Counted from the first letter of the stretch, positions 8,864 to 18,832 are shown. The stretch is DNA of 60,504 nt from an uncultured Flavobacteriales bacterium (GCA_937875855.1 CALFHF010000144.1:1-60504); one strand, 5' to 3'. Notes: generated by a model not told the origin, from the sequence alone. Numbers and translations are program-made.

Positions 8864-9619
8864 ATGGCAGTAGAAGGAAAAGTGAAGACCATATTGGTCT
8901 CCCAACCAGCACCACCGAAGGATAGATCACCTTATCATGAAATTCAGACCAAATACAAGGTCAAAGTGGATTTCATTCCGTTCATCCATGTGGAAGGGCT
9001 GAATGCTTCTGAATTCAGGAATCAGAAGGTACATATACTTGAACACACTGCAGTCATCTTTACCAGTAGACATGCAGTGGATCATTTCTTCCGTTTATGC
9101 GAAGAGACTCGAGTAGTGGTGCCTGAGACCATGAAATATTTCTGCATCTCTGAGGCAGTAGCCTATTACATGCAGAACTATATGGTGTATAGGAAGCGCA
9201 AGATTTTCTTTGGAAAACAGAGGTTCTCTGAGTTGGTAGAAATCTTGAAAAAGCATAAGCAAGAAACCTTTCTCCTTCCTTGTTCTGACATCTATAAAGA
9301 AAGCATGCCTGAGGCATTGGAGGAAGTGGGTATTCGGCACACTGTCGGTATCTTTTATAGGACTGTAGCCAGTGATTTAAGCGATCTTGCTGATATCAAG
9401 TATGATATGCTAGTCTTCTTCAGCCCATCAGGAATTTCCTCACTCTACAAGAACTTTCCTAAGTTCAAGCAAAATGGAACCCGTATAGCGGCATTTGGTC
9501 CAAGTACGGCCAAGGCCATCGCTGATGCAGGTCTGAGGTTGGATGTTCCAGCTCCTACAACTGATAGCCCTTCTATGAGTAAAGCCATAGAGGAGTATAT
9601 CAAGAAGGCAAATAAGTAA
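8864..9619 (+). CDS. hemD: Uroporphyrinogen-III synthase (HemD-like)
   Basis: Trimmed to the ATG at 8864 (MAVEGKVKTILVSQPAP...). Two-lobe HEM4-like pattern (VIFTSRHAVDHFF, LVFFSPSGISSL). Confidence 0.7.
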   Translation: MAVEGKVKTILVSQPAPPKDRSPYHEIQTKYKVKVDFIPFIHVEGLNASEFRNQKVHILEHTAVIFTSRHAVDHFFRLCEETRVVVPETMKYFCISEAVAYYMQNYMVYRKRKIFFGKQRFSELVEILKKHKQETFLLPCSDIYKESMPEALEEVGIRHTVGIFYRTVASDLSDLADIKYDMLVFFSPSGISSLYKNFPKFKQNGTRIAAFGPSTAKAIADAGLRLDVPAPTTDSPSMSKAIEEYIKKANK

Positions 9620-10897
9620 TCACTTGACTTTTACCATCTCTATGCTTCCGCTTAGAGATGATTTACCCTTGGACTCATAAGCGCCTTTCTTTCGTTTCGC
9701 CTTTGACTTGAGGAAACAGGATCTTTTTTCTTGCAGCTGAATGACTACGTCAGTTTCAGAAGTTGATCTTGAATGCAGGATTCCTCCATCTAGGATTAGT
9801 TTCCCTCCTGGCTCTACTATGACTTCGGCTTCTGCTGGCAAGCTGAGTTTACATCTTATGATTAGCGTAGCTCCATCCTTGATCACTATGTCTTCATAGG
9901 CTTTGAAATCAATTTCTAAAACCCTGTTTTCTTCAATTATAATGGGTTTCTTGACGTAGACATCTTCCTGCAAGAAGTCACGGATATTGCTAACCCTCAG
10001 GTTCAAGTGCATCTTTCCTATTTCTGAAGGTTGGAGGTAATTATGCGGACTCACAAAGAGCTGATTCATAATGCTCTCATGACACTTATTCAGTCCATGA
10101 TATTCATTCCCATGACTTAAGCCCATGGAATGACCCAGCTCATGAGCCAGTACATTCCCTCTTCCTGAATAGTTCCATCCTTGAAGAACAGACCAAGGTT
10201 CCATTTTGGGATTCAGTGCTTCCTCCTCGATAACCACATTCTTTAACCACCAAAACTGGTTATAGTCATTACCTAAGCATATCCTAGAGCTTCTGTCCAA
10301 GTCCCTGACCGTAGGCAGTTCAGAGCACCCAGGTTTCCCTTTGGGTTCATCTCTGAAGGTTTTTTCTAGAACGAGGACATCGTAATCTGAAGAATCATTA
10401 GGCAAGTATATATTGATTGCTCTATCATACTTAGGATTCTTCCGAATCTCTATTTCAAGGTCATTCAAGAACCAGTTCCCATCATTAGGGCATCCTGCTC
10501 CATTCTCCGCATTCCAGTAATAATCGTCTTGAAAGTAAATGAATTCATTTAGCACGAATTGGACATAGGTACTTGATATGAAATCATCACCGGTATAGCA
10601 CACTTTGTTTCTAGGATCAGTTAGTTCTTTCCAATGCCAATTTGCGATATCAATAGATTTACGAAGCAAGAATTCATGCTCAGGATCACTGGCCGTATAA
10701 TTTCCTGAACCGTCTTTTTTCTGAGGAATCACATAGTTAACCCGGACAAAAAAAGTGGGACTGTCCTCGGCCGGAATGAAATTCATAGGGTCTTTCCAGA
10801 AGGCCTCCTTGCCTTTACATTCACTCTGAGCTTGGCTATAGAAAAAAATAAGCAGGAGGATGGTCGTAAGAATGTAAGAACGGGCTGCGAGCTGCAT
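9620..10897 (-). CDS. Secreted metzincin-type zinc metalloprotease
   Basis: Signal peptide ending YSQAQ. Extended zinc motif HELGHSMGLSH (HExxHxxGxxH) with a downstream candidate Met-turn (SIMNQ). Lysine-rich C-terminal tail. Confidence 0.75.
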   Translation of the reverse strand: MQLAARSYILTTILLLIFFYSQAQSECKGKEAFWKDPMNFIPAEDSPTFFVRVNYVIPQKKDGSGNYTASDPEHEFLLRKSIDIANWHWKELTDPRNKVCYTGDDFISSTYVQFVLNEFIYFQDDYYWNAENGAGCPNDGNWFLNDLEIEIRKNPKYDRAINIYLPNDSSDYDVLVLEKTFRDEPKGKPGCSELPTVRDLDRSSRICLGNDYNQFWWLKNVVIEEEALNPKMEPWSVLQGWNYSGRGNVLAHELGHSMGLSHGNEYHGLNKCHESIMNQLFVSPHNYLQPSEIGKMHLNLRVSNIRDFLQEDVYVKKPIIIEENRVLEIDFKAYEDIVIKDGATLIIRCKLSLPAEAEVIVEPGGKLILDGGILHSRSTSETDVVIQLQEKRSCFLKSKAKRKKGAYESKGKSSLSGSIEMVKVK

Positions 10898-10952
10898 TGC
10901 TTTCGTTTAATTTAGACCGAATATAAGACCTACAGCAGGTATTGAATAAAAA

Positions 10953-11342
10953 TTGGGAATAAGCACTACATACAGCCTCAAACACAGGAGTCGCATAGCC
11001 GCTGTGGTGAAGAAAGGGCAACGTTACCGTTCCTTCCCAATTCACCTAATGGCCCTAGAGCATAGCCCTGAGGAATATGAGGATCTGAAGATTGGATTCT
11101 CTGTTCCTGCAAGAATTCATCGCTCCGCAGTTATGCGTAACAGGCTCAAGCGCAGAATGCGTGAAGCGATTCGACCTTTGATACCTTCCTTGCTTGAAAA
11201 GAAAAGGGCCACTGGACTTTCCTTAATGTTCGTCCATGTAGGGCCTGAGGAAAGTGACCAAGCCTTGATCCACTTGAAAATAAAGATACTTTTAGAACGT
11301 TTCACAGAACATACTCCAATCCCTTCTTCTCATGAACATTGA
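10953..11342 (+). CDS. rnpA: Ribonuclease P protein component
   Basis: Basic 129-aa protein with an RnpA-like RNR motif (MRNRLKRRMREAIR). There is no in-frame ATG near the N-terminus, so a TTG start at 10953 is assumed. Confidence 0.75.
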   Translation: MGISTTYSLKHRSRIAAVVKKGQRYRSFPIHLMALEHSPEEYEDLKIGFSVPARIHRSAVMRNRLKRRMREAIRPLIPSLLEKKRATGLSLMFVHVGPEESDQALIHLKIKILLERFTEHTPIPSSHEH

Positions 11343-12996
11343 ACCGAAAAAAACTAGAAAAAGGACTTTCAAAGGATTGATTGCGCTCCTTTTGGCCGTA
11401 GCCGTAATAGGACCAGCGGCCAAAATAGGAGATGATTTTTTCGAGATCTCTAAGAACTTGGAGATCTTCTCTGACCTTTATAAGAACATCAATCTCTACT
11501 ATGCTGATGATACCAAGCCTGGTGACCTGATGAAAACTGGGATTGATGCCATGTTGGAATCCTTGGATCCATATACGACCTATATCCCCGAGTCGCGCAT
11601 GGAGGACTATCGCTTCATGACCACAGGACAATATGGTGGAATAGGCTCATTAATACGCACTATGGATGATGGTATTTATATCTCAGAACCTTATCAAGGT
11701 TTTCCTGCCGAGAAAGCAGGATTAATGTCAGGAGATAAAATCTTGAAAGTAGATGGCAAGAGCATTCTGGACAAGGATCAAGAAGAAGTGAGTGAATTCT
11801 TGAAAGGATCACCAGGAAGCACGGTGAAAATAGAAGTGGCTCGTCAAGGAGAAGGAGTCAAAGAGTTTAGTATCAAGCGTGAAGAGATTAAGATTCCAGA
11901 TGTTCCTTTCAAAGGAATGATCGATACGCAGACAGGATATATCAAGCTGAACGGATTCACTCAAACAGCAAGTAAGGAAGTCAGAGATGCCTTCAAGGAA
12001 CTAGAAGGACAAGGCATGACCCAATTGGTCTTGGACTTACGCGGAAATGGTGGTGGCCTTCTACGTGAAGCTGTGAACATTGTGAACTTCTTCGTACCAA
12101 GAGGAACAGATATCGTGAGTACTCGTGGTAACATAGAAGAGTGGGACAAGACACATAAAGGGTTGAATGAACCGCTGAGCGTAGACATTCCTATGGTGGT
12201 ATTAATTGATGAAGGTTCGGCATCAGCCAGTGAGATTGTCTCAGGTACGCTGCAGGATTTAGACCGAGCGGTAATCGTAGGGCAACAAAGTTTCGGTAAA
12301 GGACTTGTTCAGCAGACCAAGGACATCGCATACGGATCTAAGCTCAAACTAACTGTAGCCAAATATTATACGCCAAGTGGCAGATGCATACAGAAACTCG
12401 ATTATTTCCATAAAACGGATATTGGAGGTGTAGAGGTTATGCCTGATTCTTTAGTCAAAGAATTCAGAACGAAGAATAATCGTCCCGTGTTTGATGGAAG
12501 AGGAATAGAACCAGATATAAAGATTGAAGATGAGAGCTTGGGCAAAGTGGTGGGCGCATTATTCAAAGGAAATTACTTCTTCAAATATGCTACAGAATAC
12601 AAGAAGAGTCATCCTGAAATATCCAAAGCTGAAGACTTCAGCCTGAGCAAGGATGAATTCCAAGCTTTCGTGCACTGGCTGACAGAAAAGAACGTTTCCT
12701 ACAGCACTGATACAGAAGACGCATTGGATGATTTGATAAATACAGCTAAAGATGAACGCTATTACGATGATTCTTCTAGTCAACTAGAAGGACTCAGAGC
12801 TGCGCTGAAGCCTGATGTCAAAAGTGATGTCATGAAGTATGAACGCATCGTGAAGCTGTTATTAGAAAGTGAAATTGTTTCTCGATATGAGTTCCAAGAT
12901 GGCAGAGCTAGACACGGATTACGTGATAATCCATTTATTGAAGAAGCGCTGAAAAGCTTGAAACCAGAGGCAAGAACAAAAATCTTGAAGGGCTAA
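11332..12996 (+). CDS. S41 family C-terminal processing peptidase (PDZ domain)
   Basis: 554 aa with an N-terminal TM/signal. PDZ region (GFPAEKAGLMSGDKILKVDG) and S41 catalytic region (LIDEGSASASEIVSG, FGKGLVQ). Overlaps rnpA by 11 nt. Confidence 0.85.
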   Translation: MNIEPKKTRKRTFKGLIALLLAVAVIGPAAKIGDDFFEISKNLEIFSDLYKNINLYYADDTKPGDLMKTGIDAMLESLDPYTTYIPESRMEDYRFMTTGQYGGIGSLIRTMDDGIYISEPYQGFPAEKAGLMSGDKILKVDGKSILDKDQEEVSEFLKGSPGSTVKIEVARQGEGVKEFSIKREEIKIPDVPFKGMIDTQTGYIKLNGFTQTASKEVRDAFKELEGQGMTQLVLDLRGNGGGLLREAVNIVNFFVPRGTDIVSTRGNIEEWDKTHKGLNEPLSVDIPMVVLIDEGSASASEIVSGTLQDLDRAVIVGQQSFGKGLVQQTKDIAYGSKLKLTVAKYYTPSGRCIQKLDYFHKTDIGGVEVMPDSLVKEFRTKNNRPVFDGRGIEPDIKIEDESLGKVVGALFKGNYFFKYATEYKKSHPEISKAEDFSLSKDEFQAFVHWLTEKNVSYSTDTEDALDDLINTAKDERYYDDSSSQLEGLRAALKPDVKSDVMKYERIVKLLLESEIVSRYEFQDGRARHGLRDNPFIEEALKSLKPEARTKILKG

Positions 12997-13007
12997 ATCC
13001 GCGGAAT

Positions 13008-14582
13008 TTGGCCTTCCTTACACGGATACTGGAAGAGCGCTGGCTCTATTGGCTGGGCTGGGCTGGGCTTGCATGTGGACTTGCATTAGGCCGAGCCATA
13101 CTGAGTATTTCCATTATAGTTTTGGCGGGAGCTTGGCTTTTTGACGGCCTGTATCGCAAGGATATATTGAAGAAATGGAAAGCCTTTCTTTCGCATCGTC
13201 CTGCTTTGCTCATCAGCTCCATTCCGATTATCTATGCGATTTCTTTGCTCTATTCTTCAGGGATTCACGAGGGGTTAAGTGTCTTGAGAACACAAGCTCC
13301 GCTGCTCGTTCTTCCTATGATTTTAAGCAGCATGCCTAAGCTGAAAGCTGATCACATCAAGAGAATTGCCATGATTCATGTGGCCGCTCTTCTACTTTCA
13401 ACGCTCCTCTCCTATTTTATGGCTGATGCTTCTGTGATATCAGAAACTCCACGACAGATTCCGATTTTCGTGAATCATATCCGTATGGCATTACTACTAG
13501 TAATGGGCATTTTCTTAATCCTAAGATTCAACAGCTCCAAGGACCCACTGCGCATGTTCATCAATCTAAGCGCAATTGCGTGGTTCCTTTATTTCCTATG
13601 GATCATGCAGGCAGCCACAGGGTTTAGCATACTTTTATTGGTACTGTTCTTCTATGGACTGCGATCACTTTTTGTTTCTGGAGGAAGAAAATGGCTTGGA
13701 ATTCTGAGTCTCCTCTGTGTAAGCCTATGCGGCTATTATGTAATCTCTTCGGCCAACGCATATTGGGCAAGTCCTGTGGTTTCCTTAGCGGAACTTGATA
13801 CCCATACCACATTGGGTAATGAATACATCCATGTCATAGAAAACAAGAGTTTGGAGAATGGTCATAGGATCTGGTTGTACATCGCGTATAATGAGATGAT
13901 GGAGGCCTGGACAGAGCGTTCTGCAGTGGATATTAATGGCAAGGACAAAAAAGGACAACCTATTCGAGGAACTTTATTGCGCTATCTCACCAGTTTAGAT
14001 CTGAGAAAAGATGCAGCAGGAGTTGCCGCCTTGACTGATGATCAGATCAAAGAAATAGAAGAAGGAATAACGAGCGCATTAGCTCAAGAACATTCAGGAA
14101 TACGCAAGCGTCTAGACGTACTTTTCTTCGAGCTAGATTCCTATGTTAATGGTGGAGACCCCAGTTATAATTCCATGACCAGGCGATTTGAATATTGGAA
14201 AGCAGGATGGGGATTGTTCAAACGAAGTCCCATCATAGGCTATGGGGCAGGAAATTTGAGAGAAGATCTGAAGCCTGAGTTCATTAAGAATTCTCGGCTC
14301 TCAGAAGACGCTTGGAACCTGATTCATAATCAATTCCTCACCTTCTTGGCCTGCTTCGGGATACTGGGATTCATATGGATGATCTATGTTCACTATATGC
14401 CTCTGGGAATTGTGTTCTTGAGAAAAGAATGGCTCTTGTGGGTTTTCCTCTTCGTGCTATGTGCAAGCTATATGACTGAAGACACCTTGAATACACAAGC
14501 AGGCCTCAGCTTTTTCTTCTTTTATCAAGGACTTCTGATCCTAGGAGTTTACCGACCGACCGAGTCTAAAACTTCTTCGTAG
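13008..14582 (+). CDS. O-antigen ligase / polymerase-like (Wzy_C) polytopic membrane protein
   Basis: 524 aa with at least 10 hydrophobic segments and one large soluble loop. Lies next to two glycosyltransferase genes. A TTG start is assumed. Confidence 0.6.
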   Translation: MAFLTRILEERWLYWLGWAGLACGLALGRAILSISIIVLAGAWLFDGLYRKDILKKWKAFLSHRPALLISSIPIIYAISLLYSSGIHEGLSVLRTQAPLLVLPMILSSMPKLKADHIKRIAMIHVAALLLSTLLSYFMADASVISETPRQIPIFVNHIRMALLLVMGIFLILRFNSSKDPLRMFINLSAIAWFLYFLWIMQAATGFSILLLVLFFYGLRSLFVSGGRKWLGILSLLCVSLCGYYVISSANAYWASPVVSLAELDTHTTLGNEYIHVIENKSLENGHRIWLYIAYNEMMEAWTERSAVDINGKDKKGQPIRGTLLRYLTSLDLRKDAAGVAALTDDQIKEIEEGITSALAQEHSGIRKRLDVLFFELDSYVNGGDPSYNSMTRRFEYWKAGWGLFKRSPIIGYGAGNLREDLKPEFIKNSRLSEDAWNLIHNQFLTFLACFGILGFIWMIYVHYMPLGIVFLRKEWLLWVFLFVLCASYMTEDTLNTQAGLSFFFFYQGLLILGVYRPTESKTSS

Positions 14583-15643
14583 ATGGCCTTTGTTTTCTCT
14601 GCTGTGCGTTGATAGCTGAAGGCTTGAATATGCGCCCTTGCGTTTTTGGTGAATTCTTGCTGAAGCTCTTTATCTGCCAAGACCTTTTTCACTTGATAAG
14701 CCAATCCCATCGGATCACCAACATCAGCTAGTGCGCCTGTTTTTCCATCAATGACTATTTCAGGAATTCCACCTGCGCGTGTTGCTACCACAGGGACTCC
14801 AGACGCCATCGCATCAATAATACTCGTGCCCAGTCCTTCTGTTTTACTTGTAATCAAGAAGAGGTTCATGTCAGCGAGTAGCTGTAAGGCATCCGTTCTG
14901 AATCCAATCATCTTCAATTCATTATGAAGTCCCTTTTCTTTGGTAAAAGCTTCTAGTTCTGTCCTCAAATTCCCTTCACCCATGATGACAAATGAGGCGT
15001 TCATTCCATCTGCCTTGAGCAGAGCTGCTGAGGAGATAAATGTAAATAGATCTTTATGCGGAGCCAAAGCAGCCAGCACCCCGATGAGGACTTGCTCTTC
15101 ATCTATATCCAATATTTTTCTGAGCGCACCACTGGCTTTTATTCCAGCATAACGTTCTAAGTCCACACCGCTATGAACTGTTACCGCCAAGGAAGGCTTC
15201 TTCAATGCGGGACGTATCATCTCCCGTATCGCATCAGACACGCAAAGTATGCGCTTGATGAGCGGATGATTGTATTTCCATGAAGCCCAGAGGCTCATCT
15301 TCACAGGAAAATCTACCCTTCGGCTCAGGATAGATGGCGTCTTCAATCCTAGTAAATATGCAATGGCCAAGACATCATGCCCCTTACCGCTGTGAACATG
15401 GATTAGGTCAACGTTCTTAGCGCAAGTCTTAAGCTTCAATGCAGCACGTATCAGTGAAAGAACAGAAAAAGAAACGGAAGTAAATGGGAAGGCCTCCTTC
15501 TCGGCCCAGGCCTGAAACGCACTTTCTTTTCTCAGGAGAAGCTCCACATGAATGCCCTTCTTTCTGCTTTCTTGGAGGAGGTAAGCGATCTGCTGCTCAC
15601 CACCACGCCAAGAAGCTTCACTGCTGACATGCAAGACCTTCAT
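14549..15643 (-). CDS. Glycosyltransferase family 4 (GT-B fold)
   Basis: 364 aa. N-terminal MKVLHVSSEASWRGGEQQ and a C-terminal EX7E-type region (SKTEGLGTSIIDAMASGVPVVATRAGGIPEIV). Confidence 0.85.
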   Translation of the reverse strand: MKVLHVSSEASWRGGEQQIAYLLQESRKKGIHVELLLRKESAFQAWAEKEAFPFTSVSFSVLSLIRAALKLKTCAKNVDLIHVHSGKGHDVLAIAYLLGLKTPSILSRRVDFPVKMSLWASWKYNHPLIKRILCVSDAIREMIRPALKKPSLAVTVHSGVDLERYAGIKASGALRKILDIDEEQVLIGVLAALAPHKDLFTFISSAALLKADGMNASFVIMGEGNLRTELEAFTKEKGLHNELKMIGFRTDALQLLADMNLFLITSKTEGLGTSIIDAMASGVPVVATRAGGIPEIVIDGKTGALADVGDPMGLAYQVKKVLADKELQQEFTKNARAHIQAFSYQRTAEKTKAIYEEVLDSVGR

Positions 15644-16401
15644 AGCTTCTCCCCTTTTTGGATACGCAGGAGTTTCAGGTAACGAAGAAAAACGGAATAG
15701 CCCGAAAGCACAGAAATGATGAATCCTTCCTTACCATCCAAGAACCCAAGTTTGATCACAAAATGCCTGAAAAAGCGGAATACAGGTTTGCCCAACAAAT
15801 GGAAATACCCCACATCACCAGTTTTCAACGCACGATCTCGAGCTGACCAAGTTGTGTATCTATCGAACTTTTCTAAGTAATGATTCAAGTCCTTGTATGT
15901 ATAATGCAAGAGCTTTTCCTGAAGCAGTCCAACCTCAGATCTGCATTGCATTTCTTCATGCACAGCCACAGGTGCGTAGGTGCACGACCCTTTCTTAAAT
16001 AAACGAATGACCTTATCGTTTTGCCAGCCGCTATAGCGAATCTGCTTTCCCATGAAGTGATTCTGTCTACAAATCCAATACGCTTCGAATGCTGGCGCTA
16101 TAAGCACCTTTTCCATTTCCTTTCTCAGGGAATCAGTGACGCGTTCATCAGCATCTAGGAAGATAATCCAGTCATGCTCGGCATGCTGAATAGACCAATT
16201 TTTCTGATGCGCAGGGCCTTCGTATTCGTGTTGGATAAGTTGAGCTGAAGTGCTTTTAACTAGCTCTGCGGTGCGATCAGTGCTGAAGCTATCTACCACC
16301 ATAACCTGATCACACCAACTCACTGAGGCGATGGCTTGAAGGATATGATCTTCCTCATTGAAGGAAGGAATGATGGCGGTGATAGTCTTGCGTATACTCA
16401 C
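15640..16401 (-). CDS. Glycosyltransferase family 2
   Basis: 253 aa. IIPSFNEEDHI and DADE motifs typical of GT2. 4-nt overlap with the downstream GT4 gene, suggesting an operon. Confidence 0.85.
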   Translation of the reverse strand: MSIRKTITAIIPSFNEEDHILQAIASVSWCDQVMVVDSFSTDRTAELVKSTSAQLIQHEYEGPAHQKNWSIQHAEHDWIIFLDADERVTDSLRKEMEKVLIAPAFEAYWICRQNHFMGKQIRYSGWQNDKVIRLFKKGSCTYAPVAVHEEMQCRSEVGLLQEKLLHYTYKDLNHYLEKFDRYTTWSARDRALKTGDVGYFHLLGKPVFRFFRHFVIKLGFLDGKEGFIISVLSGYSVFLRYLKLLRIQKGEKL

Positions 16402-16557
16402 AGAGCGAATGTAGGATATCCCGAGGTAATTTCTTTATGACAGAAGCTTCCAAAAAGACCATACTTTTTAAATGAGTTATAGCTTTTCAATAATAGGGTT
16501 GCAGAGTTGAGGCTGATGTACGATCTTTATCCTAGAGATTTTAAATACAAATAATGT

Positions 16558-18222
16558 ATGTGCAAGTTGTTCAGTCGGTTTATCCTTCTTATGCTATCCT
16601 TTATTCCTTTCTCAAGCTCAGGACAGAACACAATAGGTTTAGTACATAATGACCTTGATTCGGCTGATGGGTATGTACTGATTTACCCTGATCAGCAAGG
16701 CTCAATATACCTTCTCAATTCTTGTGGTGAGATAGTTAATATATGGGAGGATGATCAATCTGTACCAGGTAATGGGTCTCGCTTAATCGAAGATGGAAAG
16801 GTCATCAGAACCTATGTGGATCTAGCTGGAGGCAATTCTATTTTCACCCAAGGAGGAGCAGGTGAACATTTAGAAATCAAGGATTGGGAGAACAATATTA
16901 TATGGCAGTATTCAATAAGCTCTTCCTCTGAATGTATGCATCATGACATAGAATCTCTCCCCAATGGCAATATACTGGTAATTGTATGGGAATCGATTTC
17001 AATTGAAGAAGCAGTCGAAGCTGGTCGTGATACGGCAGGATTCGGGTTTGATGCGTTATGGCCTGACAAAGTGATTGAATTGCACCCAATTGGAGAAGAT
17101 TCTGCGGAAGTGGTTTGGGAGTGGCATGCTTGGGACCATTTAATTCAAGATTTCAATCCCCAGGCTTTAAACTACGGAGATGTAGGCATACACCCAGAAT
17201 TAATAGATTTAAACTATGTCTACACAGCAAATAACAACCGTGATTGGCTTCATATCAATTCAATCGACTACAATCCTGAGTTAGATCAAATCATGCTTAG
17301 CACTCCGTTCTTTAATGAACTTTGGGTGATAGATCACAGCACTACTTCTGTCGAAGCCGCAAGTCACACGGGTGGGATTCGAGGAAAAGGAGGAGATTTG
17401 CTTTATAGATGGGGAAATCCTCAAGCATACCGCCAAGGAACAACAGTTGACCAAAAGCTATTTTTCAATCATGCCGCCAACTGGATTGGGCCCGGCCTTG
17501 AGACCAACGACCCTGATGCTGGAAATATTATCGTGTTTAATAACCGTGTAGAGCTAGGAGTCAGTTCTGTTGACATTATTTCTCCACCAATCGACTTGGA
17601 TGGAGACTATTTTTATACTCCTAACTCGGCATTCGAGCCTGAAGCGTATTCAAGTAGATATGCCGCCCAAATTCCAACTGAATTGTACACCGGAGGACAA
17701 GGTAGTGGTCAAAAGCTGCCAAATGGACATGTACTAGTGTCGCCAGGGAGACAAGGCAGAGTGATTCAAATACGTCCTGATAGCACTCTATCATGGTCCT
17801 ATGTACTGCCCATGCAAGATGGTATACCTATATCTCAAGGAAGCGAGATTATTGACCCTACTATACTTTTTCAAGCTGAGTGGATTCCCTTGGATGATCC
17901 AAGGTTAGAAGGAAAGAATCTTGAACCTAATGGGTACATGGAACTCAATCCTGATTTAACATTCTGCAATTCATCTGTAGGATTGAGCGAGAACGTAGAT
18001 TCTAGCATGACGCCTTGGATTTGTGTTTCTGAAGGACAGGTACACATTAATAATCTTAAAGCTTCCAGTTCTTTTGTAATCTATGATGAGATTGGAAGAG
18101 TTGTGAAATCAGGGAACATCCAGCCTGTTTATTCTGCAATCTCATTGAACGGAATGAGTTCAGGTAATTATTTCATCGCCTTAGAAAATGCAGGCCCTTT
18201 ACGTTTCTCTTTGATTAAGTAG
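16558..18222 (+). CDS. Arylsulfotransferase (ASST)-like beta-propeller protein with T9SS type A C-terminal sorting domain
   Basis: Signal peptide, then ASST-like motifs (HHDIESLPNGNILV, WHAWDH, DWLHINSIDYNPELD). The C-terminal ~80 aa resemble a Por secretion tail (GNYFIALENAG...FSLIK). Confidence 0.6.
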   Translation: MCKLFSRFILLMLSFIPFSSSGQNTIGLVHNDLDSADGYVLIYPDQQGSIYLLNSCGEIVNIWEDDQSVPGNGSRLIEDGKVIRTYVDLAGGNSIFTQGGAGEHLEIKDWENNIIWQYSISSSSECMHHDIESLPNGNILVIVWESISIEEAVEAGRDTAGFGFDALWPDKVIELHPIGEDSAEVVWEWHAWDHLIQDFNPQALNYGDVGIHPELIDLNYVYTANNNRDWLHINSIDYNPELDQIMLSTPFFNELWVIDHSTTSVEAASHTGGIRGKGGDLLYRWGNPQAYRQGTTVDQKLFFNHAANWIGPGLETNDPDAGNIIVFNNRVELGVSSVDIISPPIDLDGDYFYTPNSAFEPEAYSSRYAAQIPTELYTGGQGSGQKLPNGHVLVSPGRQGRVIQIRPDSTLSWSYVLPMQDGIPISQGSEIIDPTILFQAEWIPLDDPRLEGKNLEPNGYMELNPDLTFCNSSVGLSENVDSSMTPWICVSEGQVHINNLKASSSFVIYDEIGRVVKSGNIQPVYSAISLNGMSSGNYFIALENAGPLRFSLIK

Positions 18223-18780
18223 AGTTGTTTCTATCAACACATGGATACCTTTAGATTAGCTGCTTCATCTCTTTGCAACGAAGCGTTCGTCTAGATACTG
18301 CAGAAAGAATATATGCAGTCTTCAAAAACTACAATATCTATGTCCAATCTAAGAATCACCTATCAGGCAGTGTGAGGATAATAATCCAGGTATTCTAATC
18401 AAAGTAGAGCGAACTTATACTCACGTATCTTTAAAAATGACATTCTTCCAAGGAGTATCCACATTGGCCTCTCTAGACGTATCTATTGCCTGCAATACAT
18501 ATCCATCTTGTTGAGAAAGTAGATGTTCTGCCTTTTGTCTTGAGTGATGATCGACTATCAAAGTTGGGCTTTGTGCATTAGATTGTCCATGGAAACAACA
18601 GAATAAAGAGCCCGATATATTTTCTAAAATCAATCATCAAGTGGCCTTATCAATGAACCTTTTTTCTCATAGGTTTATCACTTCCTCCCATTCCTATCAA
18701 GTGATGATAGAAGATGGGAAATAGGGGTTATAATCTCTTATAGTGAATAGAAATGCACCTAGAAAAGGATGTTCTACATA

Positions 18781-18812
18781 AAAGCCCTCCCTCCAAACGG
18801 AGAGAGGGCTTT
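18781..18812 (-). terminator. Stem-loop terminator downstream of infB (possibly bidirectional)
   Basis: 9-bp stem AAAGCCCTC / GAGGGCTTT with an inner CTCC/GGAG extension, 21 nt after the infB stop. T-rich flank on the plus side (GATTTTGT). Confidence 0.6.
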
Positions 18813-18832
18813 GATTTTGTTAGCGTGTAAGA

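Noticed and set aside
10836-11045. 69-aa minus-strand ORF spanning the metzincin start and the rnpA start
   Set aside because: It overlaps two supported genes and the divergent promoter region, with no recognisable features.
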